A DNA stretch of 64,000 nt from assembly GCF_964213995.1 (NCBI RefSeq), contig NW_027590119.1, positions 682,001 through 746,000 of the forward strand. Reading direction: 5' to 3'. Of this stretch, positions 49,554 to 62,305 are shown one piece after another. Within the stretch, counting starts at the first letter, position 1. Every line of letters begins with the position of its first letter. This DNA comes from Mustelus asterias (Eukaryota). The notes below the pieces were generated by a model. It searched no databases, had not been told where the DNA came from, and worked only from the letters and a program-made list of their open reading frames with translations. Both the position numbers and the translations under genes were made by a program.

Positions 49554-50642
49554 GCTGCGATGCAATGATGTAAGGAAACTGGCTCCACAAACACGTCAAT
49601 TACCTACAGCAATTTATATTTGCATTGTGTCTGCTGGTACCTCTGTTAAAATGTTTAATGATACATCCTACTACGTAGAATTCGTGTGAAAACATGCACC
49701 ACCGACCTTGCATTAAATTGTCCAGTCCTCAGCCCGAGTATCAGTGCCGTTGAAAATAAGGAGCCGTTTTCTCTGTTGGAATGGCACGCAGCAGCTCGGC
49801 TGTCTGCCCCTGAAATACGCACGGTTACTGCGCGCATCACAGCAGAGTGGAACAGAGACTTTTCCTTTTCCAGATTTCTGAATTTGACGCACTTTGTGCC
49901 AAGTGAAATCTATTAAGCGCAATGCCTGGTTACTGCGTGTTCTCTCCGGTGCAGTCACCACCCCGGGGTCTTATCTTTGAGAATAGACTCGCTCGAGGGG
50001 ACATCGAATAATGGGGTGTCTGTGAATTGCCAAAGTGGCTTGGCGATCAACGCTGAAACTGGAAGTTACAATGAACATTTTGCTCTCTCTCTCTCTCCCA
50101 CTCTCTCATTTACAGCATTAGATTGAGTCAAAAGCGTCTAGACTTTCGATGTTGACAGTGGAGAAATTGTCAGAATGGAATGAATAAACGAGAAGGAGTT
50201 ATGAGAGCCGAGAGACAGGTTGAATGTTTGGTGGATGTGCTGGGAAGTGTGTGCGCGATATGAGTAGTGTGGAGGAGGTGAATAGGTTCGCGCTCTCTTG
50301 TGGCCGTGCAAGTTGAAGATTTTAAAAGTTCAGTTCCTGCCGTGAGCAGCAGGGAGCAGTAAAAGTGAGGTGGATATTGAGGAGGCAAAGAATGGGGAGA
50401 GTGAGGAAAGTGGGAATTGCAGAATGGTGCGTGTGAGCGTGCAGGGCTGGTGGAGAGTTGGTTGGTCAAAAGTGTGTGTACATGTTTTGGTTTACTTGCG
50501 TAGTTTGCTGTGGTGATAGCATTGGTTGTGAGAGTGATTGAAAGGGGCAGCAGAGGGAGTGAGTGTGGAGGCAGGCAGAGAGGCATCGGGTTTGTCTGTA
50601 TTGAGGGGAATGGCAAAATATTTTGTTGGCTGCGTTTGAAGA

Positions 50643-50939
50643 AAAGGATGCGTCTCGCTGTATTGGTCAGGCTGCACTACTGTTTCTATTCACAGGTGCT
50701 ATCCCACTACTGAAGAGCATAGGAGATTTGACCTGCTCCGTTCCCGACCTGGGCCGGTTCACCCCTCCTTAGCACACCTCGCGTTCCCAGAGTCCTCTTG
50801 GGACACCATGCGGATACTGATCTTAGTGTGGACACCCGATCGGCACAGAGAACAACAGCCCAGAACTCGCGACCTCAAGCAATCCAGCAGCCTCAGCCTC
50901 CCAGCAGCGGGATTACAGGTGCGCGCCACAACACCCGGC
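50643..50939 (-). ncRNA. RN7SL: 7SL (SRP) RNA gene, full length
   Basis: Reverse strand GCCGGGTGTTGTGGCGCGCACCTGTAATCCC...TAAGGAGGGGTGAACCGGCCCAGGTCGGGAACGGAGCAGGTCAAA...GCGAGACGCATCC followed by TTTT; about 297 nt. Confidence 0.95.
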
Positions 50940-51369
50940 AAACGCAATCCTTGATTCAGCCGCCTTCAGTTCAAACAGCAGCAAGAGCTCGAATGCAGAC
51001 ATCACTGCAAATATAATAGGCTGCTTCACTGACTCAACTGGTAATAATTTGAGGAAGCTTCAACTTTGAATGCTCAAGTTAGTCGAATTGACAACGTAAA
51101 TTCATTTGTGCAAATTATTCTTTGTATCATGGAACCTGTGTGAATATGTTGACTCAGTCCAGTCCTCAGCCCAGGTATCAGTGCCGTTGAAAATAAGGAG
51201 CCGTTTTCTCTGTTGGAATGGCACGCAGCAGCTCGGCTGTCTGCCCCTGAAATACGCGCGTTTACTGCGCGCATCACAGCAGTGGAACAGAGACCTTTCC
51301 TTTTCCAGATCTCTGAATGTGACGCAGTTTTTTGCCAAGTGGAAGCTCTGATACCAGAAGACCATGAGA

Positions 51370-52207
51370 CATAGAACATAGAAAAACTACAGCACAAACA
51401 GGCCCTTCGGCCCACAAGTTGCGCCGGTCATGTCCCTACCTACCTCGGCCTATATATAGGCTTACCTATAACCCTCAATCCTATTAAGTCCCATGTACTC
51501 ATCCAGGAGTCTCTTAAAAGACCCTATCGAGTTTGCCTCCACCAACATTGACGGCAGCCGATTCCACTCAACCACCACCCTCCGAGTGAAAAACTTACCC
51601 CTAACATCTCCCCTGTCCCTACACTCCAGCACCTTAAACCTGTGTCCTCTCATAGCAGCCATTTCAGCCCTGGGAAAAAGCCTGAGAATCCACCCGATCC
51701 ATACCTCTCAACATCTTGTACACCTCTATCACGTCACCTCTCATCTTCGTCTCTCCAAGGAGAAAAGACCAAGCTCCCTCACCCTATCCTCATAAGGCAT
51801 GCCACCCAATCCAGGCAACATCCTTCTAAATCTTCTCTGCACCTTTTCAATAATTTCTACATCCTTCCTGTAATGAGGCGACCAGAACTAAGTGGGGTCT
51901 GACAAGGGTCTTATAAAGCTGCATCATTATCTCCCGACTCCTGAACTCAATCCCTCGATTGATGAAGGCCAGCACACCGTACGCCTTCTTAACCACCTCC
52001 TCTACCTGCGAGGCCGATTTCAGAGTCCTATGGACCCAGACCCCAAGGTCCTTCTGATCCTCTACACTTCTAAGAGTCTTACCCTTGATATTATACTCCT
52101 TCATCCCATTTGACCTGCCAAAAGGTACCACTACACATTTATCCGGGTTCCAAAATGTACCATGACACATTTATCCGGGTTGTACCACTACACATTTATC
52201 CGGGTTG
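51370..52207 (-). mobile_element. 5'-truncated CR1 LINE (frameshifted)
   Basis: ORFs 51847-52170 and 51462-51662; same subfamily as 13990-14948. Confidence 0.9.
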
Positions 52208-52582
52208 TCTGTGTTGTTTGAGATTTTCTGTAAACTTCTATCGTGCCTGTATAATATTTCACTACTTTGTTTAGGTTCCTTCACAATTGAATTTCATAAT
52301 GGACACATCACTGTGAAGAGGTCAGTCAGAATTATCAGCAAGGATTAATCAGCACTTTCTCATTGGAGATGTTAATCAGTGGAATCTCTCACACACAGAT
52401 TTTCAGAAAAGATTAATTAATTTAGGACTGAAGTAAAGTTCGTAATTTTACTATTAACTTCATGAACCGGTTCTTGTTGAGGATTCTTGAATTAAGGAGA
52501 AAGATCACAGAAGGTGCTTTTAAAAAGGAACATTGCAGCTCCGAAAATCAGTGACATCTCCAGAATATTAAACTCCAGCCAG

Positions 52583-52850
52583 GGGCGGCACGGTGGCACA
52601 CAATACCAGCGGTGGCCTCACAGCACCAGCGACCTGGGTTCTATTCCCGGCTTGGGTCATTGTGCGGAGTTTGCATGTTCTCCCCGTGCTTTGTGGATTT
52701 CCTCCAGGTGCTTCTGTTTCCTCCCACAGTCTGAAAGATGTGCTGGTTAGGTGCACTGACCCGAACAGGCACCGGTGTTTGGTGACTAGGGACATTTCAC
52801 AGTAACTTCATTACAGTGTTAATGTAAGCCTTACTTGTGACTAACAATTT
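52583..52850 (+). mobile_element. V-SINE
   Basis: GGGCGGCACGGTGGCACA...TGCGGAGTTTGCATGTTCTCCCCGTG...TTCACAGTAACTTCATT. Confidence 0.8.
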
Positions 52851-52918
52851 TTTTAAAACTTTAAAGTTGTAGGGATGTTAACATCAGCAGAAACAAACCA
52901 GATATTGTCAGACTATCA

Positions 52919-53320
<402 letters not shown>

Positions 53321-53348
53321 CAGGGTGGATTAATGACACTCGCAGTGT

Positions 53349-53852
53349 CATTCCCCACCCGCCGGCTCCATCCCCCCCCCCATTCCCCACCCGCCGGCTC
53401 CATCCCCCCCTCATTCCCCACCCGCCGGCTCCATCCCTCCCTCATTCCCCACCCGCCGGCTCCATTCCCCCCTCATTCCCCACCCGCCGGCTCCATTCCC
53501 CCCTCATTCCCCACCCGCTGGCTCCATCCCCCCCTCATTCCCCACCCGCTGGCTCCATCCCCCCCTCATTCCCCACCCGCCGGCTCCATCCCTCCCTCAT
53601 TCCCCACCCGCCGGCTCCATCCCTCATTCCCCACCCGCTGGCTCCATTCCCCCCTCATTCCCCACCCGCCGGCTCCATCCCTCCCTCATTCCCCACCCGC
53701 CGGCTCCATCCCCCCCTCATTCCCCACCCGCCGGCTCCATCCCTCCCTCATTCCCCACCCGCCGGCTCCATCCCTCCCTCATTCCCCACCCGCCGGCTCC
53801 ATCCCTCCCTCATTCCCCACCCGCCGGCTCCATCCCCCCTCATTCCCCACCC
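53349..53852. repeat. 31-bp minisatellite, about 16 copies
   Basis: CATTCCCCACCCGCCGGCTCCATCCC(C/T)CCCT. Confidence 0.95.
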
Positions 53853-53899
53853 GGCGGTGTCGGATCAGCTGAAAATTCCCACCGCCGCAATCCTGAGCT

Positions 53900-54050
53900 T
53901 CCAGCGGCACTGCGCATGCTCCACATCACAATGACCGGGCAGTGATTGACAGCGGTTCCGGACCAAGGAAAAGGGGGCGGGGCTGGAGGACCGAGCGGGA
54001 GCGGCTGGTCCGCCAACCAATCAGAGTGAATGGGGGCGGGGCTGAGCCCG
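53900..54050. promoter_or_regulatory. Promoter-like motif cluster between the two minisatellites
   Basis: ACTGCGCATGCT, two GGGGGCGGGGC GC boxes, CCAAT. Confidence 0.55.
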
Positions 54051-54140
54051 GATCTCCCTCATTGTCTGAAACTGCATCATTGTGAAAGCTGCTTTGTGTC
54101 AAACTCCAGGAGAAAACTGGACCTTTCTGTTTGTGGCTTC

Positions 54141-54494
54141 AAACAGATGGAGCCCTGTGGGTGCGGAGCAAATAGATGGAGCCCTGTGGGTGCGGAGCAA
54201 ACAGATGGAGCCCTGTGGGTGCGGAGCAAACAGATGGAGCCCTGTGGGTGCGGAGCAAACAGATGGAGCCCTGTGGGTGCGGAGCAAACAGATGGAGCCC
54301 TGTGGGCGCGGAGCAAACAGATGGAGCCCTGTGGGTGCGGAGCAAACAGCTGGAGCCCTGTGGGTGCGGAGCAAACAGATGGAGCCCTGTGGGTGCAGAG
54401 CAAACAGATGGAGCCCTGTGGGTGTGGAGCAAACAGATGGAACCCTGTGGGTGCGGAGCAAACAGATGGAGCCCTGTGGGTGCGGAGCAAACAC
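54141..54494. repeat. 29-bp minisatellite, about 12 copies
   Basis: AAACAGATGGAGCCCTGTGGGTGCGGAGC, near-identical and contiguous. Confidence 0.95.
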
Positions 54495-54628
54495 ATCAAC
54501 ATTTATCACTGAGATAAAGACAGTAAATGTTGGAAAATCTCAGCAGGACTGACCATCTGTGGAGAGAGAATAGAGTAAGAAATCTCACACCACCAGATTA
54601 AAGTCCAACAGGTTTATTTGGTAGCAAA

Positions 54629-54669
54629 AGCCACTAGCTTTCGGAGCGCTGCTCCTTCATCAGGTGACT
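54629..54669 (-). ncRNA. Minimal type I hammerhead ribozyme motif in a Penelope-derived repeat
   Basis: AGTCAC-CTGATGA-A-GGAGC(AGC)GCTCC-GAAA-GC-TA-GTGGCT: core, stem II, palindromic stem III and 6-bp stem I. Confidence 0.72.
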
Positions 54670-54699
54670 ATAAAGGAATATCAGTTAAATATCAGTGAC

Positions 54700-55690
54700 T
54701 ACAAAGGAACAACTTGGTGGGAAGTTAAAAAGCAGGACCCCGAGGGGAGTAATCTCAGGATTGCTACCTGTGCCACGTGCCAGTGAGGGTAAGAGTAGGA
54801 TGCTCAGGCGGATGAACACGTGGCTGAGGAACTGGTGTAGGGGGCAGGGTTTCAGATTTCTATATCATTGGAACCTCTTCTGGGGCAGGTGGGACCTGTA
54901 CAAGAGAGATGGGTTACACCTGAACTACAAGGGGACCAATATACTTGCAGGAAGGTTTGCTAGTGTTATTGGGAAGGGTTTAAACTAGATTTGCAGGGGG
55001 ATGGGAACCAGAGTGCCAGAGCAGATAGTGGAGCGTTGGTGAAAATAAATGATGTTAATAGTTCATGCAAAATCACAAATAGAAAGGCTGTGTGTGGAGT
55101 TGGAATGTTATGGTGAAGTTGTATAAGACATTGGTGAGGCCGAATTTAGAGTATTTTGTGCAGTTTTGGTCACCTAATTACAGGAGGGATATTAATAAGG
55201 TTGAAAGAGTGCAGAGAAGGTTTACAAGGATGTTGCCGGGTCTTGAGAAACTGAGTTACAGAGAAAGGTTAGGACTTTATTCCCTGGAGCGTAGAAGAAT
55301 GAGGGGAGATTTGATAGAGGTGTATAAAATTATGATGGGTACAGATAGAATGAATGCAAGCAGGCTTTTTCCACTGAGGCTAGGGGAGAAAATAACTAGA
55401 GGACATGGGTTAAGGGTGAGGGGGGAAAAGTTTGAAGGGAATATTAGGGGGGGGGCTTCTTCACACAGAGAGTGGTGCGAGTGTGGAATGAGCTGCCAGA
55501 TGAAGTGGTGAATGTGGGCTCACTTTTAACATTTAAGAAAAACTTGGACAGGTACATGGGTGAGAGGGGTGTGGAGGGATGTGGTCCAGGTGCAGGTCAG
55601 TGGGACTAGGCAGAAAAATGGTTCGGCACAGCCAAGAAGGGACAAATGGCCTGTTTCTGTGCTGTAATGTCCTACGGTTCTGTGGTTCTA
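54700..55690 (+). mobile_element. Internally deleted CR1 LINE (ORF1 esterase end joined to ORF2 C-terminus and tail)
   Basis: ISGLLPVP...DLYKRDGLHLNYKGT (SGNH-type ORF1), then LVRPNLEY...RRRMRGDLIEVYK. Confidence 0.85.
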
Positions 55691-58600
55691 ACTGATCTTA
55701 AAGCCAATCTTTTTCATTCTGTGGGGAGGGGGTGCGCTGAATCAGTTTTAATGGGGTTTTATATTTGTTTATACAATGTGGGCATTGCTGACTCAACCAG
55801 CATCAATCGCCCACCCCAAATTATTCTTGAGAAGGTGGTTGGGGCTGCCTTCTTGAACTGCAGATTTGAAGTTACTGTCAGATCAGCCGTGATCTAATTA
55901 AATGGGTCAAGGGACTGAATGATCTTCTCTCCTATATTTATAAGTTTGCCGCAGTCGAAGATGCTGTTAGGAAGGGATTTCCAGGATTTTTGATCAGCGA
56001 CAGTGAAAAGACAGCAACATGATTCCAAGTCAGGATTGTTTATGTCTTGGGTGCCATTGTTTTTCGGTGAAGGGTCTGTTCCTCTGCTGTACTGTTCTTC
56101 ATTCTTTGATAACGTCAGTTGTCCATGTTGCCAATTATCTGCTGCCCTTGTCTCGAGGTGGTAGAGTTTGTAGGATTGGAAGGTAAAGGTCGCAGTGTTG
56201 GAAGGTACTGTTGAAAGTTAAATTATATTAATTTCCTCATATTAAAAAGTGGAACACATGATGATATGGTGGGGAGATCTAGATCAGAGAGGCAGTATTT
56301 CAGAGTTTATCACTGTGATAGCAGCAATCCCATTGCTATCTGTTGGCAAGACTGATGGAAATATTTAAAATGGAGACCATTGGAGGATGAGGTACAATGG
56401 AATTTGTGAACTATCTGAGGATAATGGTGAGGGGAAAGGAAGGGATCAGGAAAGCAGCCGACACTTCATATTGTTGCAGGAGAAGTGGGGTCAGGTTGTG
56501 TAGATGTCAGGTTTTACGCAGCACACAGTCAGCCTGGATGGAGAATCTCTGGATCACTCAAATCACTCAGTTGGAAAATCAGAGACCTATCATTGTCTGC
56601 TTGGACGAAGGTTGTGTTGCAGCTGATGAGAAGCAGCTTCACTCAGATACCAACATCCTCATGCACAAAAACTAACACACGCAGCCATCCTCCCACCCAC
56701 CCACCCACGTGATGTACCAACTGACTCAAGAGCAGCTTCTTCCCTGCTATCCGACTTTTGAATGGACCAACGTATATTAAATTGATCTTATTCTACACCC
56801 TCGCTATGACTGTAACACTATATTCTACACCCCCTTTTTTCCTTTTCCCCGATGTACTTTAGAATGTATGTTTTGTCAGTATAGCGCACAAGAAACAATA
56901 CCTTTCACTGTATCCCAATACATGTGACAATAGTAAATCAAATCAAATCAAAAACTCTCACGTGAAACAGAGCCTGTCCCATTGGGTGGACAACACCAGC
57001 TAACATGACTAAAACTGAGGATAAAGTATTGGTGTCTGTAAGGGCTGAAACAATACCCTTGACTCTTGTTGATCTGTGGCACCAAGTTCAAGACTCCTTC
57101 ATGAATCATCCTCTTGGCCTCTAGCCTGTCAACCCCCCATGAGAATCTTATATGTTTCAGAAAGTTCACTGCTCATTCTTCTAAACCTAATGATTAGAGG
57201 TGCAACCTTTCCTCAAAAGACAATGAGTTGGATTCTCCGGCCGCGCTCACCCCAAAACTGGACAATCCTGCCCGAGGTCAATGGGCCTTTGTGGTCCCGC
57301 CCCTCTGCCCGCGACGATACCTGTGGTGGGCGGGATGGGAGAATTCTCACCTACACCTTACAATCTTTCCTCAAAAGACAACACCTTCATCTGAGGAATG
57401 GACCTTCTCTGAACTCATTCCAATGAAAACATGTCATTCCATCAGTAGGGAGACCAGAACCGTACACAGTATTCCAGCTGCTATCTCAGCAATGTCCTGT
57501 GTAGGTGCAGCAAGTTCCCTTTTTCAAACTCCACCCCCTTGCAGTAAAGTCCAACACTCCATTTGCCTTCTTCTTTACTTGCTGTACCTTCATCCTACTT
57601 GTTCACGATTCATGTACAAGGACACCCAGATTCCTCTCTACGGCAGTATTCTTCAGTTTCTGTATATTTAAACAATTTTCTGCTTCTCTATTCTTCCTGC
57701 CAAAGTGGAAAAGCTCCCACTTTCCCGCACTATACTCCATCTGCCATTTTTCTGTCCATTCAGGTAACTTATCTGTGTCCCTTACAGATTTTTTGTAACA
57801 CCCTCACAACTTGCTTTTCTACCTATCTTTGTATCATCAATTCTGGCTTCATCCAAGTCATTGATCAAGGTGGCTGTTTTTCTCTCTCTCAGTTATGGGT
57901 GATATTTGTCTCTATTCTCCTGGAAACTGAATGAATCTTGTTCCAAACTGGGTTCAATATCAGACATTTCAGGGAGTCAGGAATCATTCGCCCCTGAACC
58001 TACACTGGTAAAACCCCAGGCAGTTCCTCAGTAAGGAGTTTTCTGGTTCCTCACCATATATTAGTCAGGATACTGAAACCCAGCTTTTCTTACAGTCCAC
58101 TCCTGGAGGTCCCACTCCCTGAGCCGACAAAATTCAGCAGTGTCAGTGCTGAAGTTTCACAGTGGGAGTGATTCCCAGAGTAACTGTCAATCAGATCACC
58201 ATTGATGTCCAGGTTTGTGTAGTTTTAGTTATCCTGATGTCTAACACACGCACATCAATAAAACAGGGAATTCCTGCAAACAAACTGCAGCTTCTTCTCT
58301 ATCTGGAGATCCAATGTTTGTTGAATAATTGTCCCAGCGGTTAACAGGCTCCTGTGAACTCATCCAACTCGTATTTTAATACTGACTTGAACAAATATAT
58401 TTTAAATAGGTTTATTTTAAATGAGTTAAAACCAGCCTTAAAATGGTAGATATAGTATAATAACCAAAGTACTTTTCAGACTGGAAACTTTAACCTGCTG
58501 TTTCACTTTGATTTAGGAGCAGATCCCAGTTTTACACCAATCTCTGATTCATGTATCCAGCATTCACCGTCATTCTAAAAACAGAAGTTGCTGCAAAATC

Positions 58601-58892
58601 TCAGTAAGTCTGACAGAATCTGTAAAGACAGGAACAGTTAATGTTTCCAGTTGAATGTGACTCTTCTTCAGTGTCAAAACATTAGCTCTGTTTCTCTCTC
58701 CAGAGATGCTGTCAGACCTGCTGAGTTTTTACAGCACTTCTTGTTTTTATTTACGAGTTCAGGACTCAGACAAGACAATCCACAATACAAATCTTACAAC
58801 TGGGCCAGGGTTTATTAACATCAGCAGAAACAGACACCAATGAAAATGGTTGGGACCTCGATGTGATTAACAGCAAAATTCAGTCCTTGCAG

Positions 58893-59297
58893 TCACTCGT
58901 GAACATGATGGTGTTTCAGCAGGTGAGGTGACTGAGTGAATCCCTTCCCACACACGGAGCAGGTGAATGGCCTGTCCCCAGTGTGAATTTGCTGGTGCTT
59001 TACCAGGTTGGATGATTGACTGAATCCCTTGCCATAATCAGAGCAGGTGAATGGTCTCTCCCTGGTGTGAACTCGCTGGTGTCTCAGCAAGGTGGATGAA
59101 TCAATGAATCCCTTCCCACAACTGGAGCAAGTGAATGGCCTCTCTCCAGTGTGAACTCGCTGGTGTTTTAGCAGGTTGAATGACTGAGTAAATCCCATCC
59201 CACGCTCGGAGCAGATAAATGGCCTCTCCCCGTTATGAATTCTCTGCTGTTTCAGCAGGTTGGATGAATCAGTGAATCCCTTCCCACAATCAGAGCA
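58893..59297 (-). pseudogene. Headless C2H2 zinc-finger fragment (5 fingers, 3 with lost Zn ligands)
   Basis: LKQQRIH (H>Q), CSERG (C>R), CSDYG (C>Y); no start codon of its own. Confidence 0.8.
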
Positions 59298-59390
59298 TCC
59301 TCCCCATTGACCAACTGTGAGAATGAACAAAATGCAGTCCTGGATGGAATTGAGAGCAGAAACAATAACAGCAGAATCCAACCCCTGGAA

Positions 59391-60149
59391 TCACTTGTGA
59401 ACTTGTTGGTGTCTCAGTAGGTCGGATGAAACTCTGAATCCCTTCCCACACTGAGAGCAGGTGAACGGCCTCTCCCCAGTGTGAACTCGGTGGTGCGTCC
59501 GCAGGTTGCATGACCGAGTGAATCCCTTCCCACACTGAGAGCAGGTGAACGGTTTCTCCCCAGTGTGAACTTGCTGATGTGCCCGCAGGTTGGATACCCG
59601 AGTGAATCCCTTCCCACACTGAGAACAGGTGAATGGTCTCTCCCCAGTGTGAACTCGCTGGTGCCTCCGCAGGTGGGATGAACAAGTGAATCCCTCCCCA
59701 CACTGAGAGCAGGTGAATGGTCTCTCCCCAGTGTGAACTCGCTGGTGCATCCGCAGGCTGGATGAACAAGTGAATCCCTTCCCACACTGAGAGCAGGTGA
59801 ATGGCCTCTCCCCAGTGTGAACTCGCTGGTGTGACTGCAGGTAGGATGATCGAGTGAATCCCTTCCCACACTGAGAGCAGGTGAACGGCCTCTCCCCAGT
59901 GTGAACTCGCTGATGTCTCTGCAGGTCAGATGACTGAGTGAATCCCTCCCCACACTGAGAGCAGGTGAACGGTCTCTCCCCAGTGTGAACTCGCTGGTGT
60001 CTCTGCAGTTCGGATGACCGAGTGAATCCCTCCCCACACTGAGAGCAGGTGAACGGCCTCTCCCCAGTGTGGCTGCGCCGATGAGCTTCCAGCTGAGATG
60101 GGACTCTGTACCTCTTCCCACAGTCCACACATTTCCATGGTTTCTCCAT
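59391..60149 (-). CDS. C2H2 zinc-finger protein, 9 fingers, no KRAB
   Basis: CACCATGG Kozak; [10 protein letters not shown] then intact fingers with TGERPF linkers; exon acceptor TTTTCCAG|GATA at 60500; paralogue of 34555-35145. Confidence 0.9.
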   Translation of the reverse strand: MEKPWKCVDCGKRYRVPSQLEAHRRSHTGERPFTCSQCGEGFTRSSELQRHQRVHTGERPFTCSQCGEGFTQSSDLQRHQRVHTGERPFTCSQCGKGFTRSSYLQSHQRVHTGERPFTCSQCGKGFTCSSSLRMHQRVHTGERPFTCSQCGEGFTCSSHLRRHQRVHTGERPFTCSQCGKGFTRVSNLRAHQQVHTGEKPFTCSQCGKGFTRSCNLRTHHRVHTGERPFTCSQCGKGFRVSSDLLRHQQVHK

Positions 60150-61819
60150 GGTGCAGGTGTCCTTGCCTCTCCCTTGGGTGACCAATCAGTTGAAGCCTCG
60201 TCCACACACAGAACACGGGTACAGTCTCTCCCCGCTGTGAATGGTGTGATATTTATTCAGGCTGTGTAACTGCTTAAAGCTCTTTAGTCAGTGCACTGGA
60301 ACACTCTCACTCTAGTGTGGCAGTGTGTCGATGCTTTTCCAGTCACACTGATGTTTGAAATCTTTTCAAATCAACAGACCGGGCAATCATTTCTCCTTCT
60401 GGATTCAAAGGCCGATGATATTCAGCTCCCAAGGAATATGACTCTGTCAGATCTAGACGTGAAGTTTGAGATTTCAGTCTGTGATTCCTCTTTCAGTATC
60501 CTGGAAAATGAGTTTACAAAAGTCATCAGTGTCAGTGCAGGATAGAAATTCAGAACAGACAATTCGAGTTTCTATGGAACATTCTTTCCTATTTCAGTCC
60601 CAAAAAGCTGTGAATCTCCATCCCACACACTCTCCCTCCATTCTCACTCTGCTGTATCTAATATTCACCCTCCCAATTCTCCTGAAGGTGCTGATTGAGG
60701 CTGATTGACAGATCCATGCTCACTGCTTCCTGTCCTGGACACAGAGACCATAACAAATTGGAGCTGCAGTCGGCCATTTGGTCCATCGAGCCTTTTAAAC
60801 TATTCAATGAGATAATTCGTTCATCTACCTCAGCATCATTCTCCCCACACTAAACCCATATCCCTTGATAGCTTCAATATCTAGAAACCAATCAATCTCT
60901 CTCTTGAAAATAGTTGATGACTGAGGCTTCACTGTCCTCAGGGGTTGAGAATTCCAAAGCTTTAGCACATCCTTGAGTGAAGAAATCCCCTCACATATTA
61001 GCTTTTGCTCCATCTTCTTGTCTGTTCCCCATAACTCTTGACACCTTTGTCAGTCAAAGATCTGTCTAACTGGAATATATTCAATGATCCTCAGCCTCCA
61101 CTGGTCCCTGTGGAAGAGAAATCCAAAAGACTAACAACCCTCTGAGGGAAGAGATGTCTGGAAATATATAACGTAGCTACAGTTCCATATTACAAGATAT
61201 TCAGATCCCAAGGAATATGACTCTGTCTAGACGTGACGGTTGAGATTTTTGCCTTTGATTCCTCATTCAATATCCTATGAAATGAGTTTGCAAAAGTCAT
61301 CACAGTCAGTATAGGATAGAAATTCAGAGCAGACATTTCTAGTTTCTATGGAACATTCTTTCCTATTTCATTCCCAAAAAGTTGTAACTCTCCATCCATA
61401 TCTATGGTTTCTATTTAAAAATGAAAGTGGTTGGGCATTTGAAGGAAATAAACTTTCAGGAGAATGGGGATATAGAGGGGGATTGGGACTGGAATGTTAT
61501 ACAGAGAGTCAGCATGGACTCGAGTTACCGAATGGATTCCTTCTGTGCTGTAATGACTTTATGACTGGAAATGTATAACATCGCTACAGCATTATATTAC
61601 AATGCAAGAACTAATAATAAAAGTATTTTATTACAGAAACATAAATAATATATCTAATCTGGGTACCATATAATAACACCAGACATATCTCTGTCCTATA
61701 TTAACGTTCTGTCCCCTTAAATGTCAGCCATCTCCTGAGGAAAGCTGTCCTTTAATGTGAACATGAGGAAAAAGACCATCCTTTTAGACAGACAAATAAA
61801 TGTGTCAAGCTGAGGGAGC

Positions 61820-62305
61820 AAAGGATGTTCACCAGGCTGATTCAGGGAATCGCGGGACTGATGTCGGAGGAGAGATTGACCAGGTTAGGATTGTTTTCGT
61901 TGGAGTTCAGATGAATGAGGGGGGAATCTCATAGAGACTTATAAAATTCTAACAGGTCGAGACAGGATAGATGCAGGGAGGATGTTCCCGATGGAGTCCA
62001 GAACCGGGGGTCACAGTCTGAGGATTCAGGGCAGACCATTTAGGACGGAGGTGAGGAGACATTTCTTCACCCAAAGAGTGGTGAGTCTGTGGAATTTATT
62101 ACCACAGGAAGTAGTTGGTGCCAAAACATTGAAGGTATTCAAGAGGCGGCTGGATAAAGCACTTGGAGCGAATGGGATCACAGGTTATGGGGAAAAAGCA
62201 GGATGAGACTACTGAGTTGGATGATCAGCCATGATCGTAATGAATGGCGGAGCAGGCTCGAAGGGCCAAATGGCCTCCTCCTGCTCCTATCTTCTATGTT
62301 TCTAT
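61820..62305 (+). mobile_element. CR1 LINE 3' fragment
   Basis: RRHFFTQRVVSLWNLLP and tail GAAGGGCCAAATGGCCTCCTCCTGCTCCT. Confidence 0.85.

Noticed and set aside
49508-49625. Second pair of octamer motifs as an enhancer
   Set aside because: One lies inside a decayed tRNA and I saw no supporting E-box/Runx cluster; used only as a caution on chance clustering.
49720-49905. Duplicated element as U3 or another C/D snoRNA
   Set aside because: No match to U3 boxes; the C-box-like GTGATG lacks the final A and there is no clear terminal stem.
54141-54494. 29-bp repeats as a CRISPR array
   Set aside because: Units are contiguous with no unique spacers, there are no cas genes, and the context is eukaryotic; it is a minisatellite.
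59290-60216. Alternative-frame ORFs over the ZNF genes (also 34469-35038)
   Set aside because: Shadow frames of the 84-bp finger repeat.
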